Assembly (NCBI RefSeq): GCF_001194135.2
Contig: NC_068998.1
Span: 39,235,609-39,299,608 of the forward strand
Direction: 5' to 3'
DNA length: 64,000 nt
Source: Octopus bimaculoides
Taxonomy: Eukaryota
The notes under the pieces were generated by a model, which worked only from the letters and a program-made list of their open reading frames with translations, was not told the origin of the DNA and did not search any database. Within the stretch, counting starts at the first letter, position 1. Each line of letters starts with the position of its first letter. A program made the position numbers and the translations under genes. Positions 51,653 through 64,000 of this stretch are shown piece by piece.

Positions 51653-52208
51653 GTAAGTATATGAACTGCTTGTTAGTGGTTATTTTTGTGATAGTGATTG
51701 TGGTGGTGGTGGTGGCAGCAAAGAAGAAGAAATTGGTTGAATTTGTAGCGGTAATGATGATGGCTGAGGTTGTTAGTAGTCACGACAGTAGTAGTGGTGG
51801 TTGTGGTGCTGATAGTTGTAGTAGTGAGAATGGTAGTAATTGTAGTGTTGGTGGTGAGAGTTTTAGTAGTAATAGTAGTGACACTGATGGCGATGATGAT
51901 GAGGAGGAGGAGGAGGATGATAGCCATGGTAGTGATGATGATGGTGGTATGGTGACAGTGCTGGTAGCAATAATAATGAAGATGAAGCAATCTTGTAACT
52001 AGAAGCCTTCTAGCCATCACTAATGTTACATTTCAGACCACTTGGTACTACAAGGTGAATAAAAGTGAGGAATGGAGGGGGGGGGGGCATTTGCCATAGT
52101 TGATGTAGTCAGTATTAGATGTCATAAGAGATGAGGTTGATGACGATGACAATAGTAGTGGTGTTGTTGATATAATAATAATACTGACAAGTATGTTTTC
52201 CTTTGCAG

Positions 52209-52383
52209 GATTGTGTGTTGTTCCATGACACCATATACCAAAATATCCAGTATGGTAAATTGGATGCCACAAAAGAAGAAGTCTTTGAAGCATCTCGCAT
52301 GGTTGAATTACATCAAACCATTGAAGATATGTTTCCTCAGAAATATGAAACACAGGTTGGAGAGAGAGGCTTGAAGCTTTCAG
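52209..52383 (+). CDS. ABCB7: ABCB7 exon 12 (ABC signature start)
   Basis: cctttgcAG|DCVLFHDTIYQNIQYGKLDATKEEVFEASRMVELHQTIEDMFPQKYETQVGERGLKLS+G|GTATG. Confidence 0.97.
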
Positions 52384-53939
52384 GTATGGAATAGTTTTTT
52401 GCTGCACCTTTTAACTCTTTAGAATTTATAGATGCAGACATGGCTGTGTAGTAAGAAGTTTGTTTCCCAACCACATGTTTTTGGGTTCATTCCTGCTGTG
52501 TCTTGAGCAAGTGTCTTTCTTCTACTATAGCCTTGGACTGACCAAAGTGTTTTTCAGTAGATTTGGTAGACAGAAACTGAAAAAGGCGGCGAGCTGGCAG
52601 AAACGTTAGCATGCCGGGCGAAATGCTTAACGGTATTTCATCTGCCGCTACATTCTGAGTTCAAATGTGTGTCTTTGGGTTTGTCTCCCACCACTGCTTG
52701 ACAACTGGTGTTGATGTGTTTACATTCCTGTAACTTAGCTGTTCAGCAAAAGAAGGCCGATAGAATAAGTACCAGGCTCAAAAAAAATATTCTGGGGTTG
52801 ATTCATTCTACTAAAATTCTTCAGGGCAGTGCCCCAGCATGGCCACAGTCTAATAAATGAAACAAGTAAAAGATATAAGATAAAAGAAACTGGCCATAAG
52901 CAGCCCAAGTATTCTACCACATGTAGCCTCTCACACCCATCCTACAGTGTAATCCTAAAGATAAGCAGTGACATCATCGAAATCATGAAGCTACAAGATG
53001 ACACATGATTAATTTTTTTTTAAATGTGAATAAATATACATTACATTTGACAGAGTAATCTTAATGATAAATGGTTAAACTATTTTTGGTAAAAACATGG
53101 TTGACATTTATCAGTGATTGAATTGGTAAATTACATTTACTGACTTAGAGTTCATCGGTTCAGACTTCACCATATGCAATGCATTATTGGTTTTAAGCAA
53201 TAAAGAACACTCAGCCCATTCCAGTTAAGCTGCCAGCTTAGAATAGGAACTAGTAACACTTTACTGTTCAGTATTTTGTATGCTCCTGACTACTGCATTA
53301 CAAGTAATGTAATTAAATATGGACTAAATACTATGTCATTTGAGTTGTTTGGTAAACTAGTTTGTAATTGTTAATATCCAATTGTTACTTTATTTGGGCT
53401 AAAACAGTTGATGGAGAGGAATAATTTCTTATATAGAATTAATTATGTTTTTGATATTTAATATATTAACAATTGTTATGTTCATGTTAACATATTTAAT
53501 ATGGAAAGCATTAAAGAATTAATTAGAAATACTTATGCAGTGAAGGAAGAAAATACTAGTCTTATATTTTGATTCTTTTGGCATGTATGGGTTGCAACTA
53601 AGGGCGTGTTTTGGTCTTATATCTTTTCAGTAAAGCAAAGACTTCACCACATTTGTTGAAGTAGGGATAAGAAAATGTAGTCATAAGTAAATGTACAAAA
53701 AGTAATGATAAATAAATGTACAAAACTATATGCACACAGGTGTCAGAAAAGAGACACAATCAGATTTGGCAACTATGGTGAAGTATATGCTGTACTGTGG
53801 AATTCTAATAAAACTGAAATGTGTTCAGATTTGTGTCCTGTCCATTTCTGAAATAAATAAATAAAAGTTCATGGAGTGAAATATTAAAAAAAATCTGTTG
53901 TGATCTTCATTTACTAATCTTCATAATTTATATTTATAG

Positions 53940-54043
53940 GAGGAGAGAAACAACGTGTTGCTATTGCTCGGACAATTTTGAAAGACCCTATCATAATTGC
54001 TTATGATGAGGCAACATCGTCACTAGATAGCATTACAGAGCAG
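53940..54043 (+). CDS. ABCB7: ABCB7 exon 13 (signature end, Walker B, D-loop)
   Basis: atttatAG|(G)[34 protein letters not shown]|GTAAG. Exons 1-13 total 1842 nt = 614 codons with no stop. The H-loop exon (AHRLST) was not found before 64000. Confidence 0.97.
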
Positions 54044-54429
54044 GTAAGATACATTGTTTAATACATTATTACAAGATTAGTGTAAGATATAGGGTTATAG
54101 CCCAATTAATTAAGAACAGAATTAGACTAAATGAAATGTAGTTTGGCTTTGTTCCAGGGAGAAACACTACTGATGCTATTTTTATAATCAGATAACTGCA
54201 AGAGAAGTTTTTGGATTTAGTTTGCAAGATTTTTTATGTGATTTCGTGTGTTGAAGCATATTCTGTTGTGTCTGGGGAGAGTCATTTTCTTATTGTGCCT
54301 TAAAATTTAACACACTCACTGTTAAAATTTCCACTTATTACTTATTTTTATTTTCCTAAAATTTTCCTTGCGTCTTGCAACCTTTTCAATAGTCTTGACT
54401 CTGTCCGTTATTTACGCTGCGTTCTGTTT

Positions 54430-54885
54430 TTGCTTTTGTTTGTTTTTGTGTATGTATGTATGTCTGTGTGTGTGTGTGTGCATATATATATGTATGTATG
54501 TGTGTGTATGTATATATGTATGTATGTGTGTGTTTGCATGTATGTATGTATTCTGCATATTCCTGTGTTTGTGTGTTTTTTTTATGTATGTGTGTGCATG
54601 TGTGTATATGTATGTATGTACCTCTGTCTCCTTGTGTGTGCACGTCTGAGTGTGTGTGTGTGTTTTGCTGCTATGTACCATGTTTGTATGTATGGGTGCA
54701 CATCTTCATATGTGTGGACAAGTGTGTGTGTATATGCGGTCATGTGTTTCAGTCTCTATTTGCGTATGTGGTTGTCTGTTCATATACCCTATGTACCTAC
54801 CCATCTGTATGTAGACCTGTTGGTTTACATATACATACATGTGCATGCACACACACACACATACACCCACACTCACAGACATACA
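54430..54885 (+). repeat. Degenerate (TG)/(TA)/(TGTA) low-complexity tract
   Basis: Direct reading; similar tracts at 63780-64000, 61855-61920, 4655-4720 and 2200-2260. Confidence 0.9.
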
Positions 54886-55593
54886 TACATCTCAGGGTGT
54901 AGAAGTCTTAGCACCTGTAGAATATAAAGCAAGACATGACAGCGTCAGCCAGTATTTACACTGGACAATATGTTGGCATTATAAAATCAAAACTGCTGAC
55001 AAATGATATAAACACCATTCTGAAGCTGTGACTGAGGGAGAAAATGTGTCGATTCTCTGGGACTTCCCCGTATATACTGACAAAACTATAAAAGCTAATA
55101 AACCGGATATCATTATAAAAGATCAGACAAAAAAGGTGTGTTTATTAATTGACATGAGTATTCCTTGCGATCACAATATAGCGGCGGAAGAATTTGACAA
55201 GAGCAGTAAATATAAAGATTTGCTAATAGAAAATGAAAAAATGTGGTATCTCAAGGTGACTACCATACCAGTGATTGTAGGATCCCTAGGAATGAAAAAA
55301 AAAAAAGTACTGAAACCTATTTGAAAATGATACCAGGCTCACCATCCCTACAGGAAGTGCAAAAAATCGTGTTAACTGGAATGACTCGTGTACTGAAAAG
55401 AGCATTATCGCTGTGAAAACGACATCCATTCATGAATTTATTTATTTATTAATTTTTTTACATACATATTTTACCTGTGAATTTGCGTGTGTAAACTGGG
55501 AATGCATACAATGAGCTTCTCTGCCCTATGTGTACAGAAAACACTCGGTGAGAAATGGAAGAAAATTTGAAGAAAGAAGAAAAAAATAATAAT
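54886..55593 (+). mobile_element. 5'-truncated R4/Dong-like non-LTR retrotransposon (restriction-like endonuclease domain)
   Basis: Frameshifted ISGC..LAPVEYKARHDSVSQYLHW...ILWDFPVYTDKTIKANKPDIIIKDQTKKVCLLIDMSIP...KYKDL...IPVIVGSLG, i.e. RHD and PD..D RLE motifs. Stop at 55414-55416 and short (AAT)n tail near 55585-55593. Confidence 0.85.
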
Positions 55594-56159
55594 TATTATT
55601 ATTATTATAATGCTGATGTTATCAGTGCTGGCCTCACAGATTAAAAGTCAATTGCTTATATCCTACTTATCACCTGTAGTAAGCTGCATCATTGCTAAAG
55701 GCATTTAGTCTTTTCTGGCCTTTTTTGTTCTATATACAGAATCATTGATTACACAGTTTACTGATGTAAGCAACAAGAACACTGTATAACTGACATATAA
55801 TTTGTTAACTTTTAAAGATTCCCATACTACATAGGTAATAGACATTACCAATAGTAGTGTTATTATCCAAGTTATATGAAAATCATACTTTTGTGCTGGT
55901 AACTTGAAATAGGTTATCTCACTCATGGTTAGTTGGTTGGTTGGTTGGTTTGTTGGTGTTTACCCCCAGGTTTCCACTGATCTAGCCAACCTTTGATCAA
56001 AGGTGTTCTAGCCATGGTCATCCTGTCATTTATTTCTGGCATAGTACATCTAGGATTATATTTTCCAATATGTGCGACTATAAGTTTTATAGTTGACTCT
56101 AACCGGTTTCGTGTCAAAAACCCTATCAGCCCGATCCCCTGTGCTCTCTTATAGGAAGA

Positions 56160-56200
56160 CTACGACGACTACTACTACTACTACCACCACCACCACCACC

Positions 56201-56265
<65 letters not shown>

Positions 56266-56278
56266 CACCACCACCACC

Positions 56279-56323
<45 letters not shown>

Positions 56324-56365
56324 TCCACCACCACCACCACCACCACCACTACTACTACTACTACT
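56160..56365 (+). repeat. Compound (ACT)n/(ACC)n microsatellite
   Basis: Direct reading; source of the spurious poly-Thr, poly-Val and Ser/Gly ORFs. Similar GTA/GTG tracts at 48575-48660 and 51690-51960. Confidence 0.95.
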
Positions 56366-56765
56366 ATTGTTGTATGCTCTGCTGTTATAAATTTGATGGG
56401 TTTCAAGCATAGCATATTGCCATTCATCTGTAAAGCCCAACAACTTAATAACATAAGCTCAGCTCCTTTCTCCATGTTTTTCTTGATCATTTTACTGCAT
56501 GAATCTTTCATCTTCAGCACCAGGCACTTTTTCGTCCTACAATGTTCATCAACCTCCACAAGGACACAAAATCCCTGATCTTTGTTTTATTTCATTTTAT
56601 TCATTTTTGTTTTTATGAGAATGTATAAATCAAAAAAATCCAAATACTTCATTTTATTTATTTATCAAAATATAAAAAAAAAACCAGTTATACAAAAATT
56701 TGAAAAAAAATAAGAAAGAAAAAAAGCCATTCAGTCTGGAATGTAGCAGCATCAACCAATGATCT

Positions 56766-57132
56766 TCACTTTTTTGATAAAGTAACTTCTTCAGTTATCA
56801 ATTTGATTCTTGTGTCATCATCACTCCGCATTTTATTCTTAATCATTTCTCTCTCCAATTTGAGAATTTCTAATTTGATCTTATGCCTCTCCTCTTTCAT
56901 GTCCATCAACCTTTTCCTGTCTTCTTTTGACATATTCCCTTTCGAGAAGGAAACATGCCCAAAATTTGACTTCACCCTTCCACCATCAAATTGCCATCTT
57001 TTATCAACATTTACTGGGACCAGAGCTGTAGATGTTGGTTGCGTCACTATGTCTTGAGGACTGCTGGACTCCTGTAAGGTGTCTGGAATGGTATTTATGA
57101 AAGGATCTGGTATGGTAGCTGATTCACTGAAT
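56766..57132 (-). CDS. Terminal coding exon of an unidentified gene nested antisense in ABCB7 intron 13 (C-terminal coiled coil)
   Basis: Acceptor ttctttaatttttgctttttcAG at 57133, then 367 nt open to TGA 56768-56766: FSESATIPDPFINTIPDTLQESSSPQDIVTQPTST...RKRLMDMKEERHKIKLEILKLEREMIKNKMRSDDDTRIKLITEEVTLSKK. AATAAA signals at 56653-56662. Confidence 0.65.
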
Positions 57133-57674
57133 CTGAAAAAGCAAAAATTAAAGAAAATACAACATATTTTATACATTAAGAAACTTCTAGGAATTTAGGT
57201 TTTATGACATGTTTAGAAGCGACATATAGTATGTTCTGTGGAATTACGGTTACAATAGAGGTATGAATCAGAAGCCATCTTAGCGAACTTCTTTTTCAGT
57301 AACTACTGCCTTAAAATAACCACTTTGTCTTATTTCAAATTCTGTTTACACCCTTTCAGTAGAATTACTAATTTTTATTTGTGGATTTTCAAAGGATGAA
57401 TTATAAATTCCATTGTAAGAGATGGCAGAATCATTAGAGCATTGGTAAAATGTCTTGTATGTTTTCTGGCACTATGCACTCTGAGTCCTAATCCCACCCA
57501 AGGTCAACTTATCCCTCCAGGGTCAATAAAATAAAGTACAATCAAGTACTGGGGTTGATGTTATCAATTAGCCTTCTCCCCTCAAAATTGCTGGTCTTGT
57601 GCCTAACTTAGAAACTAGTATAACAGAATTTAACCTTTTGGAAATTGAATTCAGATGCATGAGGTATGTGACTA

Positions 57675-58020
57675 TCATCATCATCATCCTCATCATTTAA
57701 CGTCCGCTTTCCATGCTAGCATGGGTTGGACGATTTGACCGAGGATTGGTGAAACCAGATGGCTACACCAGGCTCCAATCCGATTTGGCAGACTTTCTAC
57801 AGCTGGATGCCCTTCCTAACGCCAACCACTCTGAGAGTGTAGTGGGTGCTTTTACGTGCCACCGGCACGAGGGCCAGTNNNNNNNNNNGTAGTGGGTGCT
57901 TTTACGTGCCACCGGCACGAGGGCCAGTCACGCGGTACTGGCAACGGCCACGCTCAAAAAGGTGTTTTTTACGTGCCACCTGCACGGAAGCCAGTACAGC
58001 GGCACTGGCAACGACGGCCT
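57675..58020 (-). mobile_element. Repeat family C sharing the RTE 3' tail, ending (TGA)n
   Basis: GTTGGC.TTAGGAAGGGCATCCAGCTGTAGAAA...CCATGCCAGCATGGAAA.CGGACGTTAAATGATGATG, the same family as the tail of the RTE at 8430-8670. Other copies (approximate): 1410-1590, 9960-10285, 11220-11385, 14290-14400, 24040-24240, 30370-30865, 38620-38890, 39235-39532, 46980-47190, 48295-48470. Confidence 0.8.
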
Positions 58021-61000
58021 TGTAAAATATCCAGTCCCATATAGTACCTATATATCACATGTTCACCTTACACATTGATAATCTCATTACACTGACCACC
58101 ATTATTGCTACTATCACACTCATTAGTATCATATTAATGTCTATTTTCCAATGAATTTATAATTAGAATATATCTGAACATTATCTGATCCTTTATTGTC
58201 TCATTGAGAGACTCAGTTTTCTTTCTACTTCTTCTCAAATCTTCTTTTTACTAACTCTTCAAATTTTTACTGCTCTGCTATTATTTATTCTTGCCTCCAA
58301 ACAGCATTGGTATTCATAAAGCATTATAATGGAATTAACCTAATTTATCACAGTTTTAATTTTACAAATAGTTTTAGTAAATGGTTAATACTTGGAATAA
58401 AAATGCCTTTTATCTATTTTATTGTATCAAATGACCATTATAAAATATCTTTTGATATAATTTTCTAGTTAACAATACTTCTAAAATACTGTTTACAATG
58501 GATACCTATTTATGTAAGTTGGTAAATCAAATATGCATTCAGTTAAAACAATTGTGACTAATTCTATCTATTATTCTAATGTGTATTTAATGTTTCATTT
58601 AGTTTATTCCACTTAAAATACTTTTGCCTTTGTGTTTTATTTCATTTCATGGGAGGAGAGAGATGTACTCTTTCAGCCTGACATCATTGCATTGGAGCTA
58701 AAAGGATAGAATTTATCAAACCATGACTGCATAGGGGTTTATGGCTTTTGTTATTACAACAGAAGTAAGCTGGTAAAGTTGTCAATGTGGTGTGGGGTGG
58801 AGGAGTTGCAGTTAAGTTGTTGTTAGGATTAGGGTTGTTCTATAGCCCTGATCAAACTTTCCTATGGCAAAAGACAAGGACATACCCATCTTCTCAGTTA
58901 AACAATCTTTTCACCTAACTGAGGACTGTACACTATACCTTACATTTGATATGCAGTGCTGTAGATATTTAGATATGGGTGTATTTTTATAAACAACTGG
59001 ATATATGAGTTAGTGTGTGTGTATGTCTCAGAAAAAGGTATAACTAGATTGATAATCATATTTAATTATATGTAAGCATACTGTGTGTGTGTGTGTGTGT
59101 GTGTGTTAGTGGAGCAATATTCATTTAAAACTGTGAGTGAAGAATTCCAATTTAAATTTCTGGAAATTTTCCTTTAAGCAAAGTATACTTGGCAGTATCT
59201 GTTTGAAATATGAGAAAAACAGAATTGAGTATGTTCTGTTGAGTGTAACACTATTTAGGAAGATGCCTGGTTGTATGGGAATTAAGAATGCGACTGGGCC
59301 TTAATGGTATTCAGTGATGTTTTTGTGATGTATAATGTGAATAGATGATAAAATGCTTGGTAAAAATGTGGAGTCAAGCACCTTTGGTAGCAATTGATCA
59401 AAGATGTCATAGCAATGTTGTTTGAGTTTTACTAATGAGCTTACTAATCAGAAAATATCTAGGGATGATGTCTGCCTTATGTCAGGATAGTGATATGAGG
59501 AAGACAATACAGAAAACTCTGAGTAGAATGTCACTAAAGGGAAATAGATGAGTTTAGGTGATGGAGTAATGGAGTAATATATTCAGTTCATTCTAAGGTG
59601 CTGAAACTGTTGTAGTCAAATTTGAAGAGAATTCAAGTAGTACATAGTCAGGCTAGAGACCTTTTTTTTCTTACTTTTGTTTTTGGTGCAGTTCTCCAAT
59701 GTTTAGGTTGAGGGTGGATGTACTACCACAAATCTATATATATGTTGAATCTTCATAAGAGTGAAAGCTAACTATAATTAGCTCCTAGATAGATTTATTG
59801 TTTGGTATTCAACAAATTATATGCTGCTTGTTAATCCATGTTTTTTTAAATTAATATTGTACCAAATTGCTGACTCAGCTTAAAATATGATTGTTTAATC
59901 TTGGTTTATCTTGGATTATCTATGAAAACAAAAGCTTAACGCCATCTGTTCTATAAATAAATAGCCTTGTCAAGGTTCATAAAAAGTATTATTTTAGACA
60001 TTGCCAAGGAAATACTAAACATTCAGTTGCTACAGCTACTACTGCAGTCATTATTGTTGCAGGGTCTATTTATTGCCTGGAGGAGACATAACTGTTGTTA
60101 GCGAACAGAAATTCCTTTCAAATTAAGTAGGTACTGTAGTCTCAGTTCCCAATTGAAGCTATTTCACTCTTACGTCAACTACTTCTCTTAGATAAAGCAC
60201 AAATTTCATAATAGCCCATTTCTGTTGCCCCTAAAATTTAGAAAACAAAAAAATATTAAAAAGGCACCCACTGAGATGCACACAGACACACACAAACACA
60301 CATGTACACAAGCGCCCTCACACATTTTGAATTGTCATGTGAAGATGTCTGTCAAAAAATTCTAATAGTTAGTTACATTCCTTCAAGATTGTAGGGTTTA
60401 GACAAAATTTGACAGCTGTCAGCCACAACAATGCAATGAACAGATAACTAACCTTTGTATGTAACCAACTTCTACATTCAGTTTATTATTAGTTACTTTC
60501 CATCTTATTGTTAAATAAAGGGAAACATAAGCTTTGTAGTTAGGTAGTTAGGTTCTGTGTATCAATGTTAGGGAAGGATGTTTTGAAAGCCTTTTTGAGG
60601 AAAAAATGAAGAAATAATAATTGGTTCCAGACACTGATTACACACAACAGTAGAATTCCAAGTTTTCATATGAATAGGCTCTCTCTCACACACACATACT
60701 AATTCCTGTTACATCTCATGGTAGTTAATTCTACCTCACATAACATTCCAGATTCACTACACTACATCTGCAGGCAACATACTCTGACTTCCACACTAAC
60801 CAGATGGGTGTGCAGTTTGGGCTCAGTTAAAACAGAAACATAATGGTGTATTAACCATTTAGCATTTAGACCAACCATATCCAGCCCAAATATACCTCTT
60901 GTTTTCAGTTCAAACTGGCCAAGTCTAGCCTCTCACATCTACCCTAATTTGTCATTCTAAAAATGGACAATAACATCATTGAAATCTCAAATTCAAAACA

Positions 61001-61868
61001 AAATGAATAAACAAGCTTTACATTTGACAGATTAATTTGAATGTTAAAGAATCAAGCCATTTAAAGGTAATAGCAAATAGCAAAGGTGTTGCCCAGAAAT
61101 TAGCAGCTTCTTTTTGTAGTGGTTCATTTTTAATTTTTATTGTTAAATTTGCTCATAGCCCTTGTGTATATTATATTATATCTCACTAACCCAAGAAATG
61201 TTGGCTATGTCCAGGTCAACTGTTTAAAATTTTATCTAATGATGGTGGATTGCATATTATGATGTAATCTTTTACAACTACATAAAATAAAATTCTTCCA
61301 AAACAGTTGTCATAAATTATAAATGCCATTCATGTTAACTACTTTATACCTACACCATACCAAAGAGTCAGATCAGTGGTTACAAATTGGATTTGGTACT
61401 TGCATATCTATGGTATCTTGCTGGCACTTGAAGTCTACAGTATTTTATTTCACTGTGAGCTTTGTGTTTGTACCTTGCCATTTTCTAGCATCTTACATGT
61501 TGATGTACCTTGATTCTTAAGGAATCCTTATCATGAATTTATCTTATATATAATAAAATCCCTGCATATTCTTCCATTTCCATCAATGCTTAAACTCAGT
61601 TTAATATGATACTGTTTTTATTGTGTGATTAGTGTACCTGCTAGAAAGAGCAGCCAAATTTCCCTAATATCTCACCATACTGTTTTGAAAAGAGGAAGCA
61701 TACATTGAACTAAGTAGTTTTTGATATACAGCTGGATGGAATGGTTAGGAAAGGAATGCAAGATAGATTGTCATTAAAGTTATTAAAAATTACTCACAAA
61801 CAGAAAAAGTTTGTGATGATTACACACACACAAACACACACTCAAACTGATATATATATATGTATATA

Positions 61869-61919
<51 letters not shown>

Positions 61920-62216
61920 CACAGAGAGAGATATGGACAGACATAGATATATACATATAATATAAATAAGTACCTACATTTTGAAATTTTTTAAATGAAA
62001 TAAAAAATTAAAAATAGAGTTTGCCACATAATGAAGAGACTGATACCCTCTCATCTCTCATCATCTTACAAAGTGACACTGGTGAGTTAATTCATTTCCC
62101 TGTGATGCTAGAACACACTATTCTAGGCTTGTTTCATAAAAGTTACCTAAAGACAGGATTTCTACCAAACCATAAACAATAAATTTTTTTTTTGAAATTT
62201 GTGGCCATCCCTTTAA

Positions 62217-62436
62217 CCCTGTTGCATTTAAACTTGCCGTATCCAGCCGAAATATTCCATCTGTTTTATATTTGAAAAGACCAGATCTAGGCTCTCACAC
62301 CCACCCTAAAATATCATTCTACAAATAAACAATCACTTCATCAAAATCTCACAGCTATGAGATAATGCAGGATTAATTTAAAGCATTGTGAATAAATAAG
62401 CATTAAATTTGACAGAGGAATCTGAATGCTAGAGGG
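62217..62436 (-). mobile_element. piggyBac-type MITE copy
   Basis: TTAA|CCCTGTTGCATT...GAATGCTAGAGGG|TTAA. Confidence 0.75.
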
Positions 62437-62573
62437 TTAAGATGTTCATCACAGCCATAATATAACTAACAGTTTGGGTACTTGTGCCACTAGTACCTAC
62501 CATGAGTAAGCCTCCAAATCCTTTATTTCTTGTTGAATACCCAATAAGTTCTGAAATAATCTAGTTTACTTAC

Positions 62574-62683
62574 ATCATGCAGTTCCACCAGCAGGAACAG
62601 AGATCACAGAGAGACATTAATTTAGTAGATGCTGGTGGACAGTCCATCATTTTCTTGCTGCCATTATTTGCCTGTCCCGGCAT
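62574..62683 (-). CDS. Candidate first coding exon of the nested antisense gene
   Basis: caaacATG MPGQANNGSKKMMDCPPASTKLMSLCDLCSCWWNCM+AT|GTAAG. Only fully open frame; phase 2 matches the 57132 exon. No recognised homology. Confidence 0.35.
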
Positions 62684-63863
62684 GTTTGGTATATAAGTTT
62701 ATAATTTTATATAAACAAGTATTTGGTTTATGTATATGTTTTTTGTCTTCTTTCTCTTGTTCTTTATAATGTACTGTAGTCTTGTGAATGTAGTAGATTG
62801 AGATGCTTATGGTCTGTAGTACTTTGTAGCTGATCTTGATGGTGATGCTTACATATGATGAGAAGGTTTATAGGATAGTTAGCTTTGGGTTAGAGTGTGT
62901 TGTGGTGATTAGTGACACTTTCGTAAATTCCTCCTTGTCTTTTTGTTGTTCTTTACAACCAGGAAATAACCAAACACATATACAGTATGCAGTAATAAAG
63001 ATGAGACAGCCTCGAAGTACAATCGTCAGGTAGTGTCTGATTCACACAGAGCAGTTAATTGTGGGGAGTGGTGATGATGACTGGTGGAAGAAGTTATGTG
63101 TGGTGGTGGTGGTGGTGGTGGAATTTGATGTAGCAGGTGATGAGGATCAACTGAGAGGCTAATAGTTTCAGGATGCCCTGGGGTGTGTTGGGAGTTTCTA
63201 ATCCTACTAGAAGAGAGGAGTGCATACATGTGTATGTATGTGTGTGTGTGTGTGTGTAATTAACATTGTTAACACAGGCTTCTACAGTCATGTGACGTTT
63301 TTGTTTCTATTGTTTAAAGGGCCTACCCAGTATCTTGTATGTGACTAGTTTGGTTGTGGATGGGAGAATTGTTGTTGTTGTTGTGGTGGTGGTGGTCTGT
63401 TGATGCTGTTATTATTCTTGTTGTTTAACCCCAGGCAGTCCTAACCATACCATCTATCCAATCATTGTGTATGTATGGCTACATTTTCAAATTTGTCCTT
63501 TTATAAGATGACGTGGTGTGGTTGGAGGACAACTTTGGCTGTTATTTCTAGCAGATTGAGCAACGGCATGGAAGCCTCTCTCTTTGGCTTGTAGCAGTGT
63601 ATGGTGGTGATGATGGACTAATTGTACACTCTAACAAATGCTTTGCTTCTTAATCTCTACTGTGTTGTTGATGGTGTTAGGAGAGGTTTAGTGGGTGACT
63701 GGTGGTGGTTGGAATAATTGTCTGCGTTTCTATTATCTGGGCTTTTAAATATATTTAACACTTGCAACAATATAAACATACTGTGTGTGTGTATATGTGG
63801 GTGTGTGTGTGCATATGCATGTGTATATATGTGTATATGTATGTATGTCTGTGTGCATGTATG

Positions 63864-63908
<45 letters not shown>

Positions 63909-63939
63909 GTATGTATATATATATATGCATGTATGTATG

Positions 63940-63997
<58 letters not shown>

Positions 63998-64000
63998 TAT

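Noticed and set aside
54368-54927. Cys/Val/Tyr- and His/Thr-rich ORFs of 85-165 aa
   Set aside because: Translations of TG/TA microsatellites; the same applies to poly-Thr/Val ORFs at 48313-48791, 51661-52020 and 56093-56578.
62959-63029. Plus-strand exon-like segment considered as ABCB7 exon 14
   Set aside because: Phase-0 frame has a stop and no frame encodes the AHRLST H-loop.

Overview
AT-rich, intron-rich animal genomic DNA with six N-gaps. The SINE, MITE and microsatellite landscape suggests an octopus or other coleoid cephalopod (inference). The ORF track is mostly noise, so genes were rebuilt by hand from GT-AG exons. Two divergent host genes: UPRT on the minus strand (coding exon 1 18368-18247, exon 2 6404-6362, rest off the left edge) and ABCB7/ATM1 on the plus strand (13 phase-consistent exons, 26513-54043, 614 codons, last exons off the right edge). 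Two unexplained coding units sit inside ABCB7 introns. Intron 1 holds an 841-bp CpG-rich cassette with imperfect inverted ends, an intact THAP zinc-finger ORF (minus) and a convergent, decayed SAP-domain ORF (plus). Intron 13 holds an antisense terminal exon encoding a low-complexity region plus a coiled coil, with a phase-compatible candidate first exon. The rest is RTE, CR1 and R4/Dong-type LINE fragments, several SINE families, piggyBac-type and Kolobok-type MITEs, a tRNA-Arg-like pseudogene and microsatellites.
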